Shown: positions 1 to 13,265 of the stretch, one piece after another
How positions within the stretch are numbered: position 1 is the stretch's first letter
Layout of the letters: each line of letters starts with the position of its first letter
Source of the DNA: an uncultured Deinococcaceae bacterium
Lineage (GTDB): Bacteria; Deinococcota; Deinococci; Deinococcales; Deinococcaceae
Length of the DNA: 64,000 nt
Direction: 5' to 3'
Assembly: GCA_964252075.1 (NCBI GenBank)
Contig: CAXULY010000001.1
Span: forward strand, 311,787-375,786
Program-made: the position numbers and the translations under genes
Notes under the pieces: model-generated
The model's input: only the letters and a program-made list of their open reading frames with translations
Told to the model about the DNA's origin: nothing
Databases searched by the model: none

Positions 1-1
1 G

Positions 2-493
2 CGCCTGCGGCGCTTCCTGATTTCCAGTGTGCAGAGCGCGGTCTTCAACCGCTTCGTAAGCCTGCGGGTGGAGCGCGGGCTGCTGGAGCGCCTGCTGGTG
101 GGCGACATGGCGAAGAAGCGCGACACCGGCGGCGTCTTTCAGGTGGAGGACGCGGACGCCGAGACGCCACGCGCGCTGCGCGGTGAGGTGAGCGCCACCG
201 GCACGCTGTTCGGGCGGAAGGTCGCGCCCCTCTCGCAGGACGCGGGAGCGCTGGAGCGGGAGGCGCTCGGGGCGTTCGCGCTGAGCCCGGAGGACTTCGG
301 CGCGCGGCGCGGGGACCGGCGGGTGGTGCGGGTGTACCCGGAGGCCCCGGAGGTGACGCCCGCCCCGGACGGTTTCGTGGTGGCGTTCACGCTGCCGCGC
401 GGGAGTTTCGCGACGAGCGTCCTGCGGGAGATCACGGGCGACGAGGTGGGCGGCACGCTCACCGAGGACGCCGAGGCGGAGGTGAGCGCGTGA
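2..493 (+). CDS. truD: tRNA pseudouridine(13) synthase TruD, C-terminal part (5' truncated)
   Basis: [12 protein letters not shown] and C-terminal [15 protein letters not shown] motifs; frame open from window edge. Confidence 0.9.
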   Translation, partial: RLRRFLISSVQSAVFNRFVSLRVERGLLERLLVGDMAKKRDTGGVFQVEDADAETPRALRGEVSATGTLFGRKVAPLSQDAGALEREALGAFALSPEDFGARRGDRRVVRVYPEAPEVTPAPDGFVVAFTLPRGSFATSVLREITGDEVGGTLTEDAEAEVSA

Positions 494-867
494 GGGCCGC
501 GCCGCTGCTGCTCGCCGCGCTTTTGCTGTGCGCGAGCGTCGCGGACGCGCAGCGCGTGCCGAGCCTCAGCAGCATGGTGCTGCGCCCCACGCTGGGCGGC
601 GTGGTGATCGAGACCATCATCACGCCGCGCGGCGGCAGTGACGTGCTGCGCGGCGTGTGGTCGGCGGGCGCGCGCAGCAAGCTGCTGGACTGCACGTCGC
701 GCTGCCGGGTGGTGCAGAACATCAACCTGAAGGGCCCCATGCGGCTGGACGGACAGAGCCGCTACCGCATCGTGCTGGGCGGCACCTTCAATCAGGTGCG
801 CAAGGTGGGCGTGCTGCTGAGCTTCGCGTCGGGCGTCGCGGCGGCCGAGGCGATGGTCCAGCCTTAA
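490..867 (+). CDS. Hypothetical secreted protein
   Basis: Signal peptide ([15 protein letters not shown]), GTGA overlap with truD stop, GC3-rich codons. Confidence 0.7.
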   Translation: MRAAPLLLAALLLCASVADAQRVPSLSSMVLRPTLGGVVIETIITPRGGSDVLRGVWSAGARSKLLDCTSRCRVVQNINLKGPMRLDGQSRYRIVLGGTFNQVRKVGVLLSFASGVAAAEAMVQP

Positions 868-1005
868 AGCCCGGTGCGGTGATTGCCGTGAGCGCGCGTC
901 ATCAGGGTGCGCCCTGCTCTTGAGGGTCCTGCGGCGTCGTGAGCGGCACACGGTCCCCTCGGGCACCTGCGGCGGTGACCGGGGGGCTTGCTATTGTGAT
1001 GCGGC

Positions 1006-2589
<1,584 letters not shown>

Positions 2590-2704
2590 GGGCTGCCAGC
2601 CGCGCGTGAAATGTTGAACGTTCACACATGCGCCACAAACAATTGCCTGCCTCCCGCAGGGCTGGAAAAGCACATTCAGCGCGTGTGCATGGTGTTCCGG
2701 GCGT

Positions 2705-2733
2705 TTGACAGCCGTGCGGGGACAGTGTAGATT
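2705..2733 (+). promoter_or_regulatory. Sigma70-type promoter of sugar ABC operon
   Basis: TTGACA (2705-2710) N17 TAGATT (2728-2733). Confidence 0.7.
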
Positions 2734-2762
2734 CGCCGTGTCGTTTGAAGTCAAAACAGTGT

Positions 2763-2774
2763 GGAACCGCTTCC
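2763..2774. promoter_or_regulatory. LacI-family-like operator
   Basis: GGAACCGCTTCC palindrome with central CG downstream of promoter; second palindrome TGAACGTTCA at 2615-2624. Confidence 0.5.
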
Positions 2775-2829
2775 CTACCCGGACGCTCGGGGAGGCATCT
2801 TGGCTTCTGTCCATCCTTCAGGAGGGTTT

Positions 2830-4095
2830 ATGAAGAAATCACTCGCGATTCTTGGTCTTACGGCTGCCTGCGCGGTGGGCAGCGCCCACGCCGCGGGCGT
2901 CACCCTGACGTTCGCCTGCGACTCGGTCGGACAGGGCTTCGACCAGTGCAAGAAGGGCGCCGACGCCTGGGCCAAGAAGACCGGCAACACCGTCAAGCTC
3001 GTGCAGGTTCCCAAGGACACCGGCGACCGCCTCGCGCTGTACCAGCAGCAGCTGGGCGCCAAGGCCCCCGACGTGGACGTGTACATGATTGACGTCGTGT
3101 GGCCCGGATTGATCGGCAACAACCTGCTGGACCTCACGCAGTACGTGCCGAAGGCGCAGCTCAGCAGCTACTTCCCTGCCATCGTCAAGAACAACACCTT
3201 CAACGGCAAGCTCGTGGGCGTGCCGTGGTTCACGGACGCCGGCGTGCTGTACTACCGCACGGACCTGCTCCAGAAGTACGGCTACAAGAGCGCCCCCAAG
3301 ACCTGGACCGAGCTGCAGCAGATGGCCACCAAGATCCAGGCGGGCGAGCGCGCCAGCAAGCCGAACTTCCAGGGCTTCGTGTTCCAGGGCAAGAACTACG
3401 AGGGCCTCACCTGCGACGCGCTGGAATGGGTTTCCAGCTTCGGCGGCGGCAGCATCGTGGACACCACCGGCAAGGTGAGCATCAACAACCCGAAGGCCGT
3501 GCAGGCCATCAAGACCATCTCGGGCTTCGTGGGCACCATCTCCCCGCAGGCCGTCACCACCTATGACGAGGAAGGCGCGCGCAACGTCTTCCAGGCCGGC
3601 AACTCCGCCTTCATGCGCAACTGGCCGTACGCCTACGCCCTCGCGCAGGGCGCGGACAGCACCATCAAGGGCAAGGTGGGCGTCGCCGCCCTCCCCGCAG
3701 GTGACGGCGGCAAGCCCGCCGCGACGCTCGGCGGCTGGCAGCTCGCCGTGAACAACTACAGCAAGCACCCCAAGGAAGCCGCGGACCTCGTGGTGTACCT
3801 CACGGGCAGCGCCGAGCAGAAGCGCCGCGCCATTGAGGCGAGCTACAACCCCACCATCGCCTCGCTGTACAAGGACGCCGACGTGCTGAAGGCCGTGCCG
3901 TTCTTCGGCAGCCTGTACGACGTGTTCACGAACGCCGTCGCGCGCCCCGCGACGGTCACCAAGACCAAGTACAACCAGGTGTCGAACGCCTTCGCCACCG
4001 CCGTGTACAACAGCATGACCAAGAAGCAGGACGCGGCGGCCGCGCTCGCGACCGCGCAGTCCCAGATCACGCGCGCGAAGGGCCGCGGCTGGTAA
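2830..4095 (+). CDS. Sugar (trehalose/maltose-type) ABC transporter substrate-binding protein
   Basis: RBS AGGAGG, signal peptide [40 protein letters not shown]. Confidence 0.9.
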   Translation: MKKSLAILGLTAACAVGSAHAAGVTLTFACDSVGQGFDQCKKGADAWAKKTGNTVKLVQVPKDTGDRLALYQQQLGAKAPDVDVYMIDVVWPGLIGNNLLDLTQYVPKAQLSSYFPAIVKNNTFNGKLVGVPWFTDAGVLYYRTDLLQKYGYKSAPKTWTELQQMATKIQAGERASKPNFQGFVFQGKNYEGLTCDALEWVSSFGGGSIVDTTGKVSINNPKAVQAIKTISGFVGTISPQAVTTYDEEGARNVFQAGNSAFMRNWPYAYALAQGADSTIKGKVGVAALPAGDGGKPAATLGGWQLAVNNYSKHPKEAADLVVYLTGSAEQKRRAIEASYNPTIASLYKDADVLKAVPFFGSLYDVFTNAVARPATVTKTKYNQVSNAFATAVYNSMTKKQDAAAALATAQSQITRAKGRGW

Positions 4096-4191
4096 GCCGT
4101 CCCTGAAGACCCGCGCTTCACGGTCTTCATGAGGGGGCGTCCCATCGGGGCGCCCCCTGTTGTGCAATAGGATTTGAACAAAGGAGGTCTT

Positions 4192-5130
4192 ATGGCGACA
4201 TCCACAGGGGCGCGCGTGCGGCCCCGACGCGGAGCGAGCATTGAGTCCACGCGCGCGCGAACCGCGATCTGGCTGCTCCTCCCCACCCTGATCGTGCTGG
4301 TGCTGGTCGCGGGCTACCCGCTCGTCCGCACGATCTACCTGGCGTTCACGGACGCCACCCTCGACCAGCCGGGGCAGTTCATCGGCTTCGACAACTTCCT
4401 GTTCAAGTCCGACGACGGCAGCTGGGTGGGCCTGCTGTCCGATCCCACGTGGTGGGACGCGGTGTGGAACACCGTGAAGTTCTCGGTGGTGTCGGTGGTG
4501 CTCGAGACGCTGCTGGGCCTCGCCTTCGCGCTCGTTATCAACTCCAAGATTCGCGGGCGTGGCCTGCTGCGCACCGCGATCCTCGTGCCGTGGGCCATCC
4601 CGACCGTGGTGAGCGCGCAGATGTGGAACTGGATGTACCAGGACAACCTGGGCATCATCAGCCTGTGGGCGCGCAACCTCGGCATGCTGGGCGTCGGCGA
4701 GTCCTTCCTGTCAAACACCCACACGTCCCTGATGGCGCTGGTGGCGGTGGACATCTGGAAGACCACGCCGTTCATGGCGCTGCTGCTCCTTGCGGGTCTG
4801 CAGGGCATCCCGGCGGACATGTACGAGGCGGCGGAGGTGGACGGCGCGAACAAGATCACGCAGTTCTTCCGGCTCACGCTGCCACTGCTCGCCCCGGCGC
4901 TGCTGGTCGCGCTGATCTTCCGCACGCTGGACGCCCTGCGGGTCTTCGACATGCCGTACGTCGTGAAAGGCTACGCGCCCGACACACTCACCATGAGCAT
5001 GTACGCGCGGCAGCAGCTCATTGACAACCAGGCGCTCGGCGCGGGCAGCGCCGTGAGCCTCCTGATCTTCCTGATCATCATGGTCTTCACGATCATTTAC
5101 GTCACGTCCTTGAGGGTGAGGTTCGACTGA
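4192..5130 (+). CDS. Sugar ABC transporter permease (MalF-like)
   Basis: EAA loop [11 protein letters not shown] helices, RBS AAGGAGG. Confidence 0.9.
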   Translation: MATSTGARVRPRRGASIESTRARTAIWLLLPTLIVLVLVAGYPLVRTIYLAFTDATLDQPGQFIGFDNFLFKSDDGSWVGLLSDPTWWDAVWNTVKFSVVSVVLETLLGLAFALVINSKIRGRGLLRTAILVPWAIPTVVSAQMWNWMYQDNLGIISLWARNLGMLGVGESFLSNTHTSLMALVAVDIWKTTPFMALLLLAGLQGIPADMYEAAEVDGANKITQFFRLTLPLLAPALLVALIFRTLDALRVFDMPYVVKGYAPDTLTMSMYARQQLIDNQALGAGSAVSLLIFLIIMVFTIIYVTSLRVRFD

Positions 5131-5131
5131 C

Positions 5132-6016
5132 ATGGCGACGTCCCTCCCGATGCAGGCCACCGCCACCAAACGCCGCAACTCGCCGTGGCAGGCCGTTGGA
5201 CTGGTGCTCTTCTGGCTGCTGGTCGTGGTCATCCTGTTCTACGTGCTGTTTCCGTTCTACTGGGCGCTGAAAACCAGCCTGACGCCGTCCGGCGAGCTGT
5301 CACAGTCGGCGCTGCAGTGGTTCCCCGCGCACCCGACCTTCGCGAATTACGGTCTGGTGTTCAGCGGTCAGCCGTTCGGGCGCAACCTCCTGAACAGCCT
5401 GGGCATCGCGGTCGGCACGGTGCTCATCAGCCTGCTGCTGTCCGCGCTCTCCAGTTACGCGCTCGGCAAGTTCCGCTTCAAGGGCAAGAGCGCCCTGATG
5501 TACGTGATTCTGGGCGTCAGCGTGTTCCCGCAGATCGCGGTGCTGGGCGGCATGTACACCACCATCCGCAGCCTGGGGCTGTACAACACCTGGGGCGGGC
5601 TGATCCTGTCGTACATGATCTTCACCTTGCCCTTCACGGTGTGGGTGCTCACCAGCTTCGTGCGGGAGATCCCCACGGAGCTGGAGGAGGCCGCGCTGGT
5701 GGACGGCGCGAGCCCATTGCAGACGCTCTTCAAGGTGCTGCTGCCCGTGATGCTGCCCGCCCTGGCGACCACCGGTCTGCTGGCGTTCATCAACGCCTGG
5801 AACGAGTACCTGTTCGCCCTCACGTACACCAGCGACGACTCCGCGCGCACGGTGCCCGTCGCGATCGGGTCCTTCTCGGGCGCCAGCCAGTACGAGAACC
5901 CCTTCGCGCAGATCATGGCGGCGAGCGTCATCGTGACGATCCCGCTGATCATTCTGGTGCTGGTCTTCCAGCGCAACATCGTGTCGGGTCTCACCGCGGG
6001 CGCCGTCAAGGGCTGA
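5132..6016 (+). CDS. Sugar ABC transporter permease (MalG-like)
   Basis: [10 protein letters not shown]-terminal GLTAGAVKG. Confidence 0.9.
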   Translation: MATSLPMQATATKRRNSPWQAVGLVLFWLLVVVILFYVLFPFYWALKTSLTPSGELSQSALQWFPAHPTFANYGLVFSGQPFGRNLLNSLGIAVGTVLISLLLSALSSYALGKFRFKGKSALMYVILGVSVFPQIAVLGGMYTTIRSLGLYNTWGGLILSYMIFTLPFTVWVLTSFVREIPTELEEAALVDGASPLQTLFKVLLPVMLPALATTGLLAFINAWNEYLFALTYTSDDSARTVPVAIGSFSGASQYENPFAQIMAASVIVTIPLIILVLVFQRNIVSGLTAGAVKG

Positions 6017-6044
6017 CGCCCCGCCAGACGCGAGCGAGACCACA

Positions 6045-6080
6045 GGGGTGAAGGGCGGGACGTGTCCCGCCCTTCACCTC
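6045..6080 (+). terminator. Hairpin terminator after ABC operon
   Basis: ggggtgaagggcggga-cgtg-tcccgcccttcacctc followed by pyrimidines. Confidence 0.7.
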
Positions 6081-6129
6081 TTCCTGTGCTTCTTGAGGGA
6101 CGTCATGCGACTGATCTACGCTGAGGGAC

Positions 6130-7242
6130 GTGGCCACGCTCACGCCCCGGCGCCGGACCGCGCGGCTGTGGCGCGGTCGGGCCCTCACGCTGGCGGCGGT
6201 GGGCGTGCTGCTGGCCTTCAGTCCCCGCGTGGGCTTCGTGCTGTCCGGCGCGTTCAACACCTTCACCTCCGAGCAGCGGCCCGTGGCGGCCCTCGCGCTC
6301 CCCGAGCCGCCCGCGCCGTCCGGCGCGCTGATGGAGCGCTACGCGCAGCTGGTGCCCACCTACCTGAGCGCCCTGAACCACGAACACCCCTCCGCGCGGC
6401 GGGAGACGCGCCTGCTGGAGGCGCACTTCCTGCTGTACCGACAGGCGCGCGCCGTGATCGGTGTGGCGCAGGCGGACGCCCTCATGCGCCTGCTGGCCCT
6501 CGAAACGCGCAACCAGGACCCCGCGCGCGCGCGGCGCAGCGTGTTCGGCAGCCCGGAGGCCGCGCTCGACAACGCGTCGCGCTGGCTGGGCGTGATCGCG
6601 CAGGCGGAACGCGCGCCCACCGGCCCCACCCTGAACCAACGCATTGCCAGCGAGGCGCCCGTCCCGATGGTGCCGGACGTGGTGCTCGCGAACGCCCGCT
6701 GGATTCGCCGCGCGGCCGCCGCAGCGCACCTCCCCCCCGCCCTGCTGGCCGCCACCGTGGACAACGAGCAGGCGGGCGCGCACGTCGCGTACGGCCTCGC
6801 GGGCGCCCTGCGGGACCTCACGGACACCGTGGCGCTGCGCACCACGCAGATGTACGGCGCGAGCGGCCTCGCGGGGCACCTCTCGCAGACCGTGGGCCTC
6901 ACGCAGATGTCGTGGCAGGACGCGCTGCTGCAGCGGCAGCGCCTGGAGGCGCTCGGCGTGCGGCTCGGCGTGCCGTTCCCCGAGAACGAAGGCGAGGCGC
7001 GCGACCTTCTGCAGCGGCCGTACGCGAACCTCCTGCTGGCCGGGTCCCGCATGCGCGGGTACCTGAACTACGTGGAGGGCCGCGCCGCGAACAGCAGCGC
7101 CCCCCACCCGGACGCCTGGCTGTACTTCGTGGGGCCCGGCTGGCACAACAACCCGGCCCTGGCGTCCAGCGGTCAGGTGTGGCCGTACGCGTGGAACGCC
7201 TTCTTCAAGGCCTGCCTGTACCAGCGTCTGCTGGACCGGTGA
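6130..7242 (+). CDS. Membrane-anchored hypothetical protein, possible divergent lysozyme/lytic transglycosylase fold
   Basis: N-terminal TM; LPPALLAATVDNE, VGLTQM, ANLLLAG spaced like SLT motifs; TACGCT -10 box 7 nt upstream. Confidence 0.6.
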   Translation: MATLTPRRRTARLWRGRALTLAAVGVLLAFSPRVGFVLSGAFNTFTSEQRPVAALALPEPPAPSGALMERYAQLVPTYLSALNHEHPSARRETRLLEAHFLLYRQARAVIGVAQADALMRLLALETRNQDPARARRSVFGSPEAALDNASRWLGVIAQAERAPTGPTLNQRIASEAPVPMVPDVVLANARWIRRAAAAAHLPPALLAATVDNEQAGAHVAYGLAGALRDLTDTVALRTTQMYGASGLAGHLSQTVGLTQMSWQDALLQRQRLEALGVRLGVPFPENEGEARDLLQRPYANLLLAGSRMRGYLNYVEGRAANSSAPHPDAWLYFVGPGWHNNPALASSGQVWPYAWNAFFKACLYQRLLDR

Positions 7243-7272
7243 GCCGGGCAGGTCCGGTGCCGTGGAGTGCGG

Positions 7273-8181
7273 TCAGGCGGGCACGGCCTCCACGTCCTGC
7301 GGGGTGGGGGCGTAAGCGCCGGGGTGCGCGCAGGCGGCGGCGGCGGCCCGCAGGCCGTAACGCAGGTGCTCCGTCCAGAGCGCCTCGGGGTGGCGCGTGG
7401 CGCTGGCAAGCAGGCCCGCGCACAGGGCGTCCCCGGCGCCCACGGTGTCCGCCACCGTGACGCGCGCGGCGGGCAGGTCCACCTGTCCCGCCCGCTGGTA
7501 GAGGGTGGCACCCTGCGCGCCGCGCGTGATGACGATGGGCGCCCCCGGATTCATGCCGCGCAGGGCGCGCAGGGCGTCCGCTTCACTCTGCCCGGGGAAG
7601 AAGAACGCGAGGTCCTCGTCCGAGAACTTCAGGAGGCTCGCCTGGCGCGCCACGCGCTCCAGCACCGGGCGGTACCGGGGGTCCGCGTGCGTGATGCGGG
7701 CGTTCGGGTCGAAGCTCACCTGCGCGCCCGCCGCGCGCGCCTGCGCGATGAGGTCCAGCAGGGTGTCCGCGAGCGGCCAGCGGGCGAGGCTGATGCCCCC
7801 CACGTGCAGCCAGCGGACCGAGCCCAGCCAGCCTTCTGGCAGCGCCGCCGGGTCGAAGTGCAGGTCCGCGCTGTTCTCCCCCAGGAAGCGGTACGCGGGG
7901 GGCTGCACCTGGTACACGACGGCCATCAGGGTGGGCTGCGCGCGGCGCTGCAGGAACCGGGTGTTCAGTCCGGCGGCGCGCGAGGCGTCCCACAGGTCGT
8001 CCCCGAAGTTGTCCTCACCGATCGCGCCCGCGAAGGCGCTGGGCACGCCCAGGCGCGCGCAGGCGCGCGCGACGTTCCAGCCCGCGCCGCCCGGGTGCGC
8101 GCGCCACGTGTCGGTGCTCTCACGCACGAGGTCGGTGAGCGCTTCGCCCGCGCTGACGATGAGGGGCAGTTCAGCATTCAT
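7273..8181 (-). CDS. PfkB-family carbohydrate kinase (fructokinase-like)
   Basis: [27 protein letters not shown] signature. Confidence 0.9.
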   Translation of the reverse strand: MNAELPLIVSAGEALTDLVRESTDTWRAHPGGAGWNVARACARLGVPSAFAGAIGEDNFGDDLWDASRAAGLNTRFLQRRAQPTLMAVVYQVQPPAYRFLGENSADLHFDPAALPEGWLGSVRWLHVGGISLARWPLADTLLDLIAQARAAGAQVSFDPNARITHADPRYRPVLERVARQASLLKFSDEDLAFFFPGQSEADALRALRGMNPGAPIVITRGAQGATLYQRAGQVDLPAARVTVADTVGAGDALCAGLLASATRHPEALWTEHLRYGLRAAAAACAHPGAYAPTPQDVEAVPA

Positions 8182-8248
8182 GCACAGAGTGTAGCTTTCG
8201 TGACGCATCTGACTTTAGGTGCGCGAGGGGCGCCCGCAAGGTGAGGGC

Positions 8249-8992
8249 ATGACGGTGAATGTGGTGGTGACGGGCGCGGCGCGCGGCATTGGGCGCGCCA
8301 TCGCGGAACTCTACGCGGAGCGCGGCGGGCGCGTGCTGTCCGTGGACCTGCTGCCCATCCCGGACCTCGAGGGCGGCTTCGCGGTCACGGCGGACATCGC
8401 GGACGGGCGGGGGCGCGAGACCATCGCGGCGGCAGCGCGCGAGCGGCTGGAGCGGGTGGATGTGCTGGTGCACAACGCCGCGTACCAGGGCGCGACCGGA
8501 GGCGTGCTGGAGGTCACGGAGGACGGCTGGGCGCGCGCGCTCGCGGTGAACCTGAGTGCGCCGCTGCTGCTCACGCAATCGCTCGCGGACCTCATGCCGC
8601 AGGGCAGCGCGGTGGTGAACGTGGCGAGCGTGCAGGGCCTCTTCGCGGAGCAGGGCAACGCCGCGTACAACGCCAGCAAGGGCGGGCTCGTGAACCTCAC
8701 GCGCGCCATGTGCCTGGACCTCGCGCCGCGCGGCATCCGCGCGAACGCCGTGGCGCCCGGCGCGATCGCCACCGAGGAGCTCCTGAAGGGCGTCGCGAAC
8801 ACCAGTGACCCCACCCAGACCCGCCGGGATTACGAGGACCTGCACGCCCTGCGGCGCATCGGGGCGCCGCGTGAGGTGGCGGAAGCGGTGTACTTCCTTG
8901 GGTCGCCCGCCGCGAGCTTCATTGACGGCGTGATCTTGCCCGTGGACGGCGGCATGACGGCGAGCTTCATGATGGCCGGACGGCCTGTGTGA
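8249..8992 (+). CDS. SDR-family oxidoreductase
   Basis: [13 protein letters not shown] catalytic motif, NAVAPG, VDGG. Confidence 0.9.
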   Translation: MTVNVVVTGAARGIGRAIAELYAERGGRVLSVDLLPIPDLEGGFAVTADIADGRGRETIAAAARERLERVDVLVHNAAYQGATGGVLEVTEDGWARALAVNLSAPLLLTQSLADLMPQGSAVVNVASVQGLFAEQGNAAYNASKGGLVNLTRAMCLDLAPRGIRANAVAPGAIATEELLKGVANTSDPTQTRRDYEDLHALRRIGAPREVAEAVYFLGSPAASFIDGVILPVDGGMTASFMMAGRPV

Positions 8993-9248
8993 GCCAGGAA
9001 CATGAACGAGATGCAACGTGAGGCGACACGTCCGCTTGTTGCGGTACGCGAACTAAGCGCACCATGGGCCTGGGAGCGACCAGACGCGGCTGCAAGGTTT
9101 CATCAGTTGGAGCTGCGCACATCGGCAAGGGCAAGTCTGGGCGCTGAAGTACCCAACCTCAGGCCGTGACCTTCCCCAAAAAACGCGCGCGATCAGGTAA
9201 GTGCGCGGCTCAACACGTGAGGGGAGCAGGCCCTGCGGCCCGCCCCCC

Positions 9249-10097
9249 TCACGGCTCGATGGTGCCCTGTGCCATGGGGTAACTCCCGATGATCTTCGCG
9301 TAACTGGCCTTGCGCAGCACGCCCGCGAGCGCGAGCGCCACCTTCGGGTCCTTTGCGTCGCCCTCCAGGTCGATGTAGATGAGGTAACTCCAGGCGCGGT
9401 CGCGGCGCGGGCGGCTCTCGATCTTCGTGAGGTTCAGGCCGCGCAGCTGGTTGAGGGTCTCCAGCAGGAAGCCGGGCGTGTGCCGCACCGCGAACACCAC
9501 GCTGGTCTTGTGCGGCGCGTCCGACTCGGGCGGCTCGTGGCGCGACAGCACCAGGAAGCGCGTGAAGTTGAAGGGCTCGTCCTCAATCCCTGTGGCGAGC
9601 GTGTCCAGACCGTACAGTTTCGCCGCGCCGACGGGCGCGATGGCGGCCTCGTCGCGCCGGCCGCTCGCCGCGAGGTCCGCTGCAGCGCCCGCCGTGTCGT
9701 ACGCCGCGACGGGCTCCAGGTGGTGCCGCGCGATGAAACCGTCGCACTGCGCGAGTGCCTGCGGGTGGCTGCTCACGCGCCGCAGGTCCTCCAGCCGCAC
9801 GCCGGGCAGCACCATCAGACCGTACCGGATGCGCAGCACGAGTTCCTGCACGATGTGCAGGTCCGTGTCCTGCAGCAGGTCCACGGCCTGCAGGACGGTG
9901 CCCGCGAGGCTGTTCTCGACGGGCAGCACGCCGTACTCCACCTCGCCGGACGCGACCGCCGCGAGCACCTCATGGAATGTTGGGTAGGGTTTCGGGACGG
10001 CGCCCGGCGCGAGGTGACGCGCGGCGATCTCGCTATTCGCGCCCTCCGCGCCCTGGAAGGCCACGGTGACGGTGTGGGTGGTGACGCCCTGGGTCAT
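9249..10097 (-). CDS. pheA: Prephenate dehydratase
   Basis: [33 protein letters not shown] domain LTKIESRP. Confidence 0.93.
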   Translation of the reverse strand: MTQGVTTHTVTVAFQGAEGANSEIAARHLAPGAVPKPYPTFHEVLAAVASGEVEYGVLPVENSLAGTVLQAVDLLQDTDLHIVQELVLRIRYGLMVLPGVRLEDLRRVSSHPQALAQCDGFIARHHLEPVAAYDTAGAAADLAASGRRDEAAIAPVGAAKLYGLDTLATGIEDEPFNFTRFLVLSRHEPPESDAPHKTSVVFAVRHTPGFLLETLNQLRGLNLTKIESRPRRDRAWSYLIYIDLEGDAKDPKVALALAGVLRKASYAKIIGSYPMAQGTIEP

Positions 10098-10168
10098 ATC
10101 CCGCCACGCTACGCCGCCCGGCGCCGCGCAGCAAGGGCGCGGGCCAGACAGCCGTAAGCTGTGGGGGC

Positions 10169-11596
10169 ATGAACGACATCCTGGAACTGGACGCGACCGC
10201 CCTCGCGCACGCCACGCGGTCCGGCGCTCTGACCGCCGCCGCGGTGCTGGAGGCGTACCTGAGCCGCATCGAGGCGCTCAACCCCCGCGTGGACGCGGTG
10301 CTGGAAGTGAACCTGGACGCCCGCGCGGACGCCGCGCGCCTGGACGCCCTGCCCGCGGAGCAGCGCGGTCCCCTGCACGGCGTGCCAGTGCTCCTCAAGG
10401 ACAACATCGACACGCTCGGTCCGCTGCACACCAGCGCGGGCAGCGCGCTCCTCGCGCAGCATGTGGCCGCCGCCGACGCGCCCCTCGCGGCGCGCCTGCG
10501 CGCAGCAGGCGCCCTCATCCTCGGCAAGGCGAACATGACGGAGTGGGCGAACTTCATGACGCTCGGCATGCCGAACGGGTACTCCTCGCGCGGCGGGCAG
10601 GTCGTGAACCCCTGGCGCGCCGGGCACGACACCGGTGGCAGCTCCAGCGGCTCCGGCGCCGCCGTCGCCGCGCGCCTCGCGCCCATCGCCATCGGCACGG
10701 AAACGAGTGGCAGCATCCTCTCCCCCAGCCACCAGCACGGCCTCGTGGGCCTCAAACCCACCGTGGGACTCATTCCGCGTACGGGTGTCATTCCCATCTC
10801 GCACAGTCAGGACACCGCCGGACCGATGGCGCGCACCGCGCGCGACGCCGCGCTCCTCGCGCACATCATGCAGGGCCCAGATGGACAGGACGCCGCCACG
10901 CAAGACGCCCCCACCCTGGATTTCCTCGCCGAGATGCGGGACGACGCACTGCGCGGCGCGCGCATCGGCGTGGCGCGCACCGGGTACTGGGATCACCTGA
11001 GTGACGCGGAACGCACCACACTGAACGCCAGCCTGGACGCCCTGCGCGCCTCAGGCGCAGAGGTCATTGACCCCGCCGACGTGGACACCCAGCAGGACCT
11101 CGCTGGATGGCTGCTGGAAGTCCTGAGTTACGAATTCAAGACGGACCTCAACGCGTACCTCGCGAACGTGCAGCACGGCCCCCACAGCCTGCGCGACGTG
11201 ATTGACGGCAACGACGCCGACCCGGACACGCGCCTGCGCTACGGGCAGACACTGCTGCTCGCCAGCGAAGCCACGCGCGGCGACCTCAGCGAACCCGCGT
11301 ACGCCCGCGCCCGCACCCGCGACCTCGACCTCGCCCGCACGCGCGGCCTCGACACCACCTTCTCAAGGCATCAGCTGGACGCCCTGGTCTTCCCCAAGTA
11401 CTACGGCGCCGCCATCGGCGCGAAAGCCGGCTACCCCAGCGTGAACGTCCCCGTCGGCCTCGCGGATGGCGTGCCCCTGGGTGCGCAACTGTGCGGCCCC
11501 GCCTGGAGTGACGCAAAACTCCTGTCCTTCGCGCACGCATGGACCGCTGCCCTCGGTCCCTGGCAGGCCGCGCCGGAGGGGGACGCTGCACCTTGA
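10169..11596 (+). CDS. Amidase signature family protein
   Basis: [35 protein letters not shown]. Confidence 0.9.
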   Translation: MNDILELDATALAHATRSGALTAAAVLEAYLSRIEALNPRVDAVLEVNLDARADAARLDALPAEQRGPLHGVPVLLKDNIDTLGPLHTSAGSALLAQHVAAADAPLAARLRAAGALILGKANMTEWANFMTLGMPNGYSSRGGQVVNPWRAGHDTGGSSSGSGAAVAARLAPIAIGTETSGSILSPSHQHGLVGLKPTVGLIPRTGVIPISHSQDTAGPMARTARDAALLAHIMQGPDGQDAATQDAPTLDFLAEMRDDALRGARIGVARTGYWDHLSDAERTTLNASLDALRASGAEVIDPADVDTQQDLAGWLLEVLSYEFKTDLNAYLANVQHGPHSLRDVIDGNDADPDTRLRYGQTLLLASEATRGDLSEPAYARARTRDLDLARTRGLDTTFSRHQLDALVFPKYYGAAIGAKAGYPSVNVPVGLADGVPLGAQLCGPAWSDAKLLSFAHAWTAALGPWQAAPEGDAAP

Positions 11597-11621
11597 CCGC
11601 ACCCGAGCCCTCCCCTAGCAT
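11593..11621 (+). promoter_or_regulatory. Promoter of tRNA-Val
   Basis: TTGACC N17 TAGCAT; the -35 box overlaps the amidase stop codon. Confidence 0.65.
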
Positions 11622-11635
11622 GGGTGGGCTCACAC

Positions 11636-11711
<76 letters not shown>

Positions 11712-11714
11712 GCC

Positions 11715-11745
11715 AGCACCCCGTCAAGGACGGGGTGCTTTACTT
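11715..11745 (+). terminator. Intrinsic terminator after tRNA
   Basis: agcaccccgtc-aag-gacggggtgct then ttactt. Confidence 0.8.
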
Positions 11746-12204
11746 GGTTCCCGGATATCACGGAGAACTGTGTGTTAACGAGGATGTGCGCACCAGTAAT
11801 GAGCCAGCGGGCACGAGTCTTCCCCATAGAACTAGACTGTTCCGCGCCGTCTCCTCCTCCGCCTGGATGTCCTTCTGGCGAAACGCTTGAATATCCTGTG
11901 ATCAGCAGCGGCAGCAATGGTGTTCAAGGCTTTCGATCGGTCTTGCCGTGTGGTGTGGGGATTTCCAGGCAAGTCAGGGTCAATCAGGGTGTTGGCCCAC
12001 GGGTGTAGTGATTCCAAGTGTTTGCATCAGGCGGGAAGCAGGTGGAGAGGTGAATCGCTTGCCGCATCTGTGTCTGCACTGGCTGGGCATGGAGGGGAAG
12101 CCCGTCCGACTCGGGAGGCTCGACGAATGGGCGCACTCACTGTTCCATTCGATGACTGTCACCTGCGGTGCGCGGTGCGATTCTGGCTCCGGTATGTTGG
12201 CGGG

Positions 12205-12597
12205 ATGAGCCCTCCCGTCACCTACTCCATCAGCGCCAATGCGGTTGATCGGTCTCTCCAGCGGGCCATACTTGACGTGTGCGCCGCGCATGGCGTTCCG
12301 GCTGACCTGCGGTTCGGGACGGGCACGCAGTACCCCAGGGGCGGCCGGCCGACAGCCGTGTCGTACTTCTTCCTGCATATTCCCGCGGAAGTGGGCGAGG
12401 AGGTGGTGCGGTTGGTCGCGCGGGATGTGAGCGCGCTCATTCCGGAGCGGACGGTGAATGTCGGGCCGCCCGTGCCTTCGGTGGGGGTTCTGGAGGAGGA
12501 CCGCAGCGTGCAGGAGTGGTTCCCCGCCGTGCGCGTGGGGAGTGGGTGCCTGGCGAGTTTCCGGGCGGGTGACCTGCTGCCGGAGGGCGCGTCGTGA
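12205..12597 (+). CDS. Hypothetical protein
   Basis: ATG at 12205 in long ORF; GTGA coupling to next gene. Confidence 0.55.
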   Translation: MSPPVTYSISANAVDRSLQRAILDVCAAHGVPADLRFGTGTQYPRGGRPTAVSYFFLHIPAEVGEEVVRLVARDVSALIPERTVNVGPPVPSVGVLEEDRSVQEWFPAVRVGSGCLASFRAGDLLPEGAS

Positions 12598-13148
12598 CGG
12601 GCGGTGAGTACGGCCAGCTGATCGAGCAGAACGCGCAGATCAACGCGCTCCTGAAGCAGCAGGCGGAGGAGAGCCTCACGACGCTGCACCGTCCGATTGA
12701 GCAGGTGGGGGTGCTGCTTGCGCGGCCGGTGTTCATTGTTTCGGCCCTCGCGCTGTTCGGGGCGTGGATCGTGCTGAACCTGGATCTGGCGTGGCAGACG
12801 CACCGGCCGTGGGACGCGCCGCCGTTCTTCTGGCTGCAGGGCATCGTGGGTCTGCTGAGTTTGTTCTTCACGGCGACGGTGCTGGTGTCGCAGGCGCGGC
12901 AGGGGCAGATTTCCGAGCAGCGTTCGCAGCTGCAGCTGCAGCTGATCCTGCTGACTGAGCAGCGCAGCGCGAAGATGATTGCGCTGCTGGAGGAGTTGCG
13001 GCGGGACATGCCGGACGTGCATGACCGCCCGGATGTGGAGGCCGCGACGATGCAGCGCGCGAGTGAGCCGCAGGTGATTCTGGAGGCGCTCTCGACCCTG
13101 GAGGAGGGTGGGCCGACGAGCCTGCCCGAGCCCAGGGAGGATGGGTGA
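12594..13148 (+). CDS. DUF1003-like membrane protein
   Basis: WIVLN...WDAPPFFWL...VLVSQARQ pattern with two TM helices. Confidence 0.8.
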   Translation: MTGGEYGQLIEQNAQINALLKQQAEESLTTLHRPIEQVGVLLARPVFIVSALALFGAWIVLNLDLAWQTHRPWDAPPFFWLQGIVGLLSLFFTATVLVSQARQGQISEQRSQLQLQLILLTEQRSAKMIALLEELRRDMPDVHDRPDVEAATMQRASEPQVILEALSTLEEGGPTSLPEPREDG

Positions 13149-13265
13149 GGTGAGGGCGGTTCACGTGGTGGCGTGGACGCGGGATACTGCCGTCATGGTC
13201 GTGCCCGCCTTCGTTGTGCCTGCCCCTGCTGATCGCGCCTCCGTTCGATTCTTGAGCCGGGCGCT

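Noticed and set aside
9002..9169. 55-aa ORF MNEMQREATRPLVAV... between the SDR gene and pheA
   Set aside because: Atypical codon usage, RBS-like AGGA too close to the ATG, no recognisable motif; cannot support it
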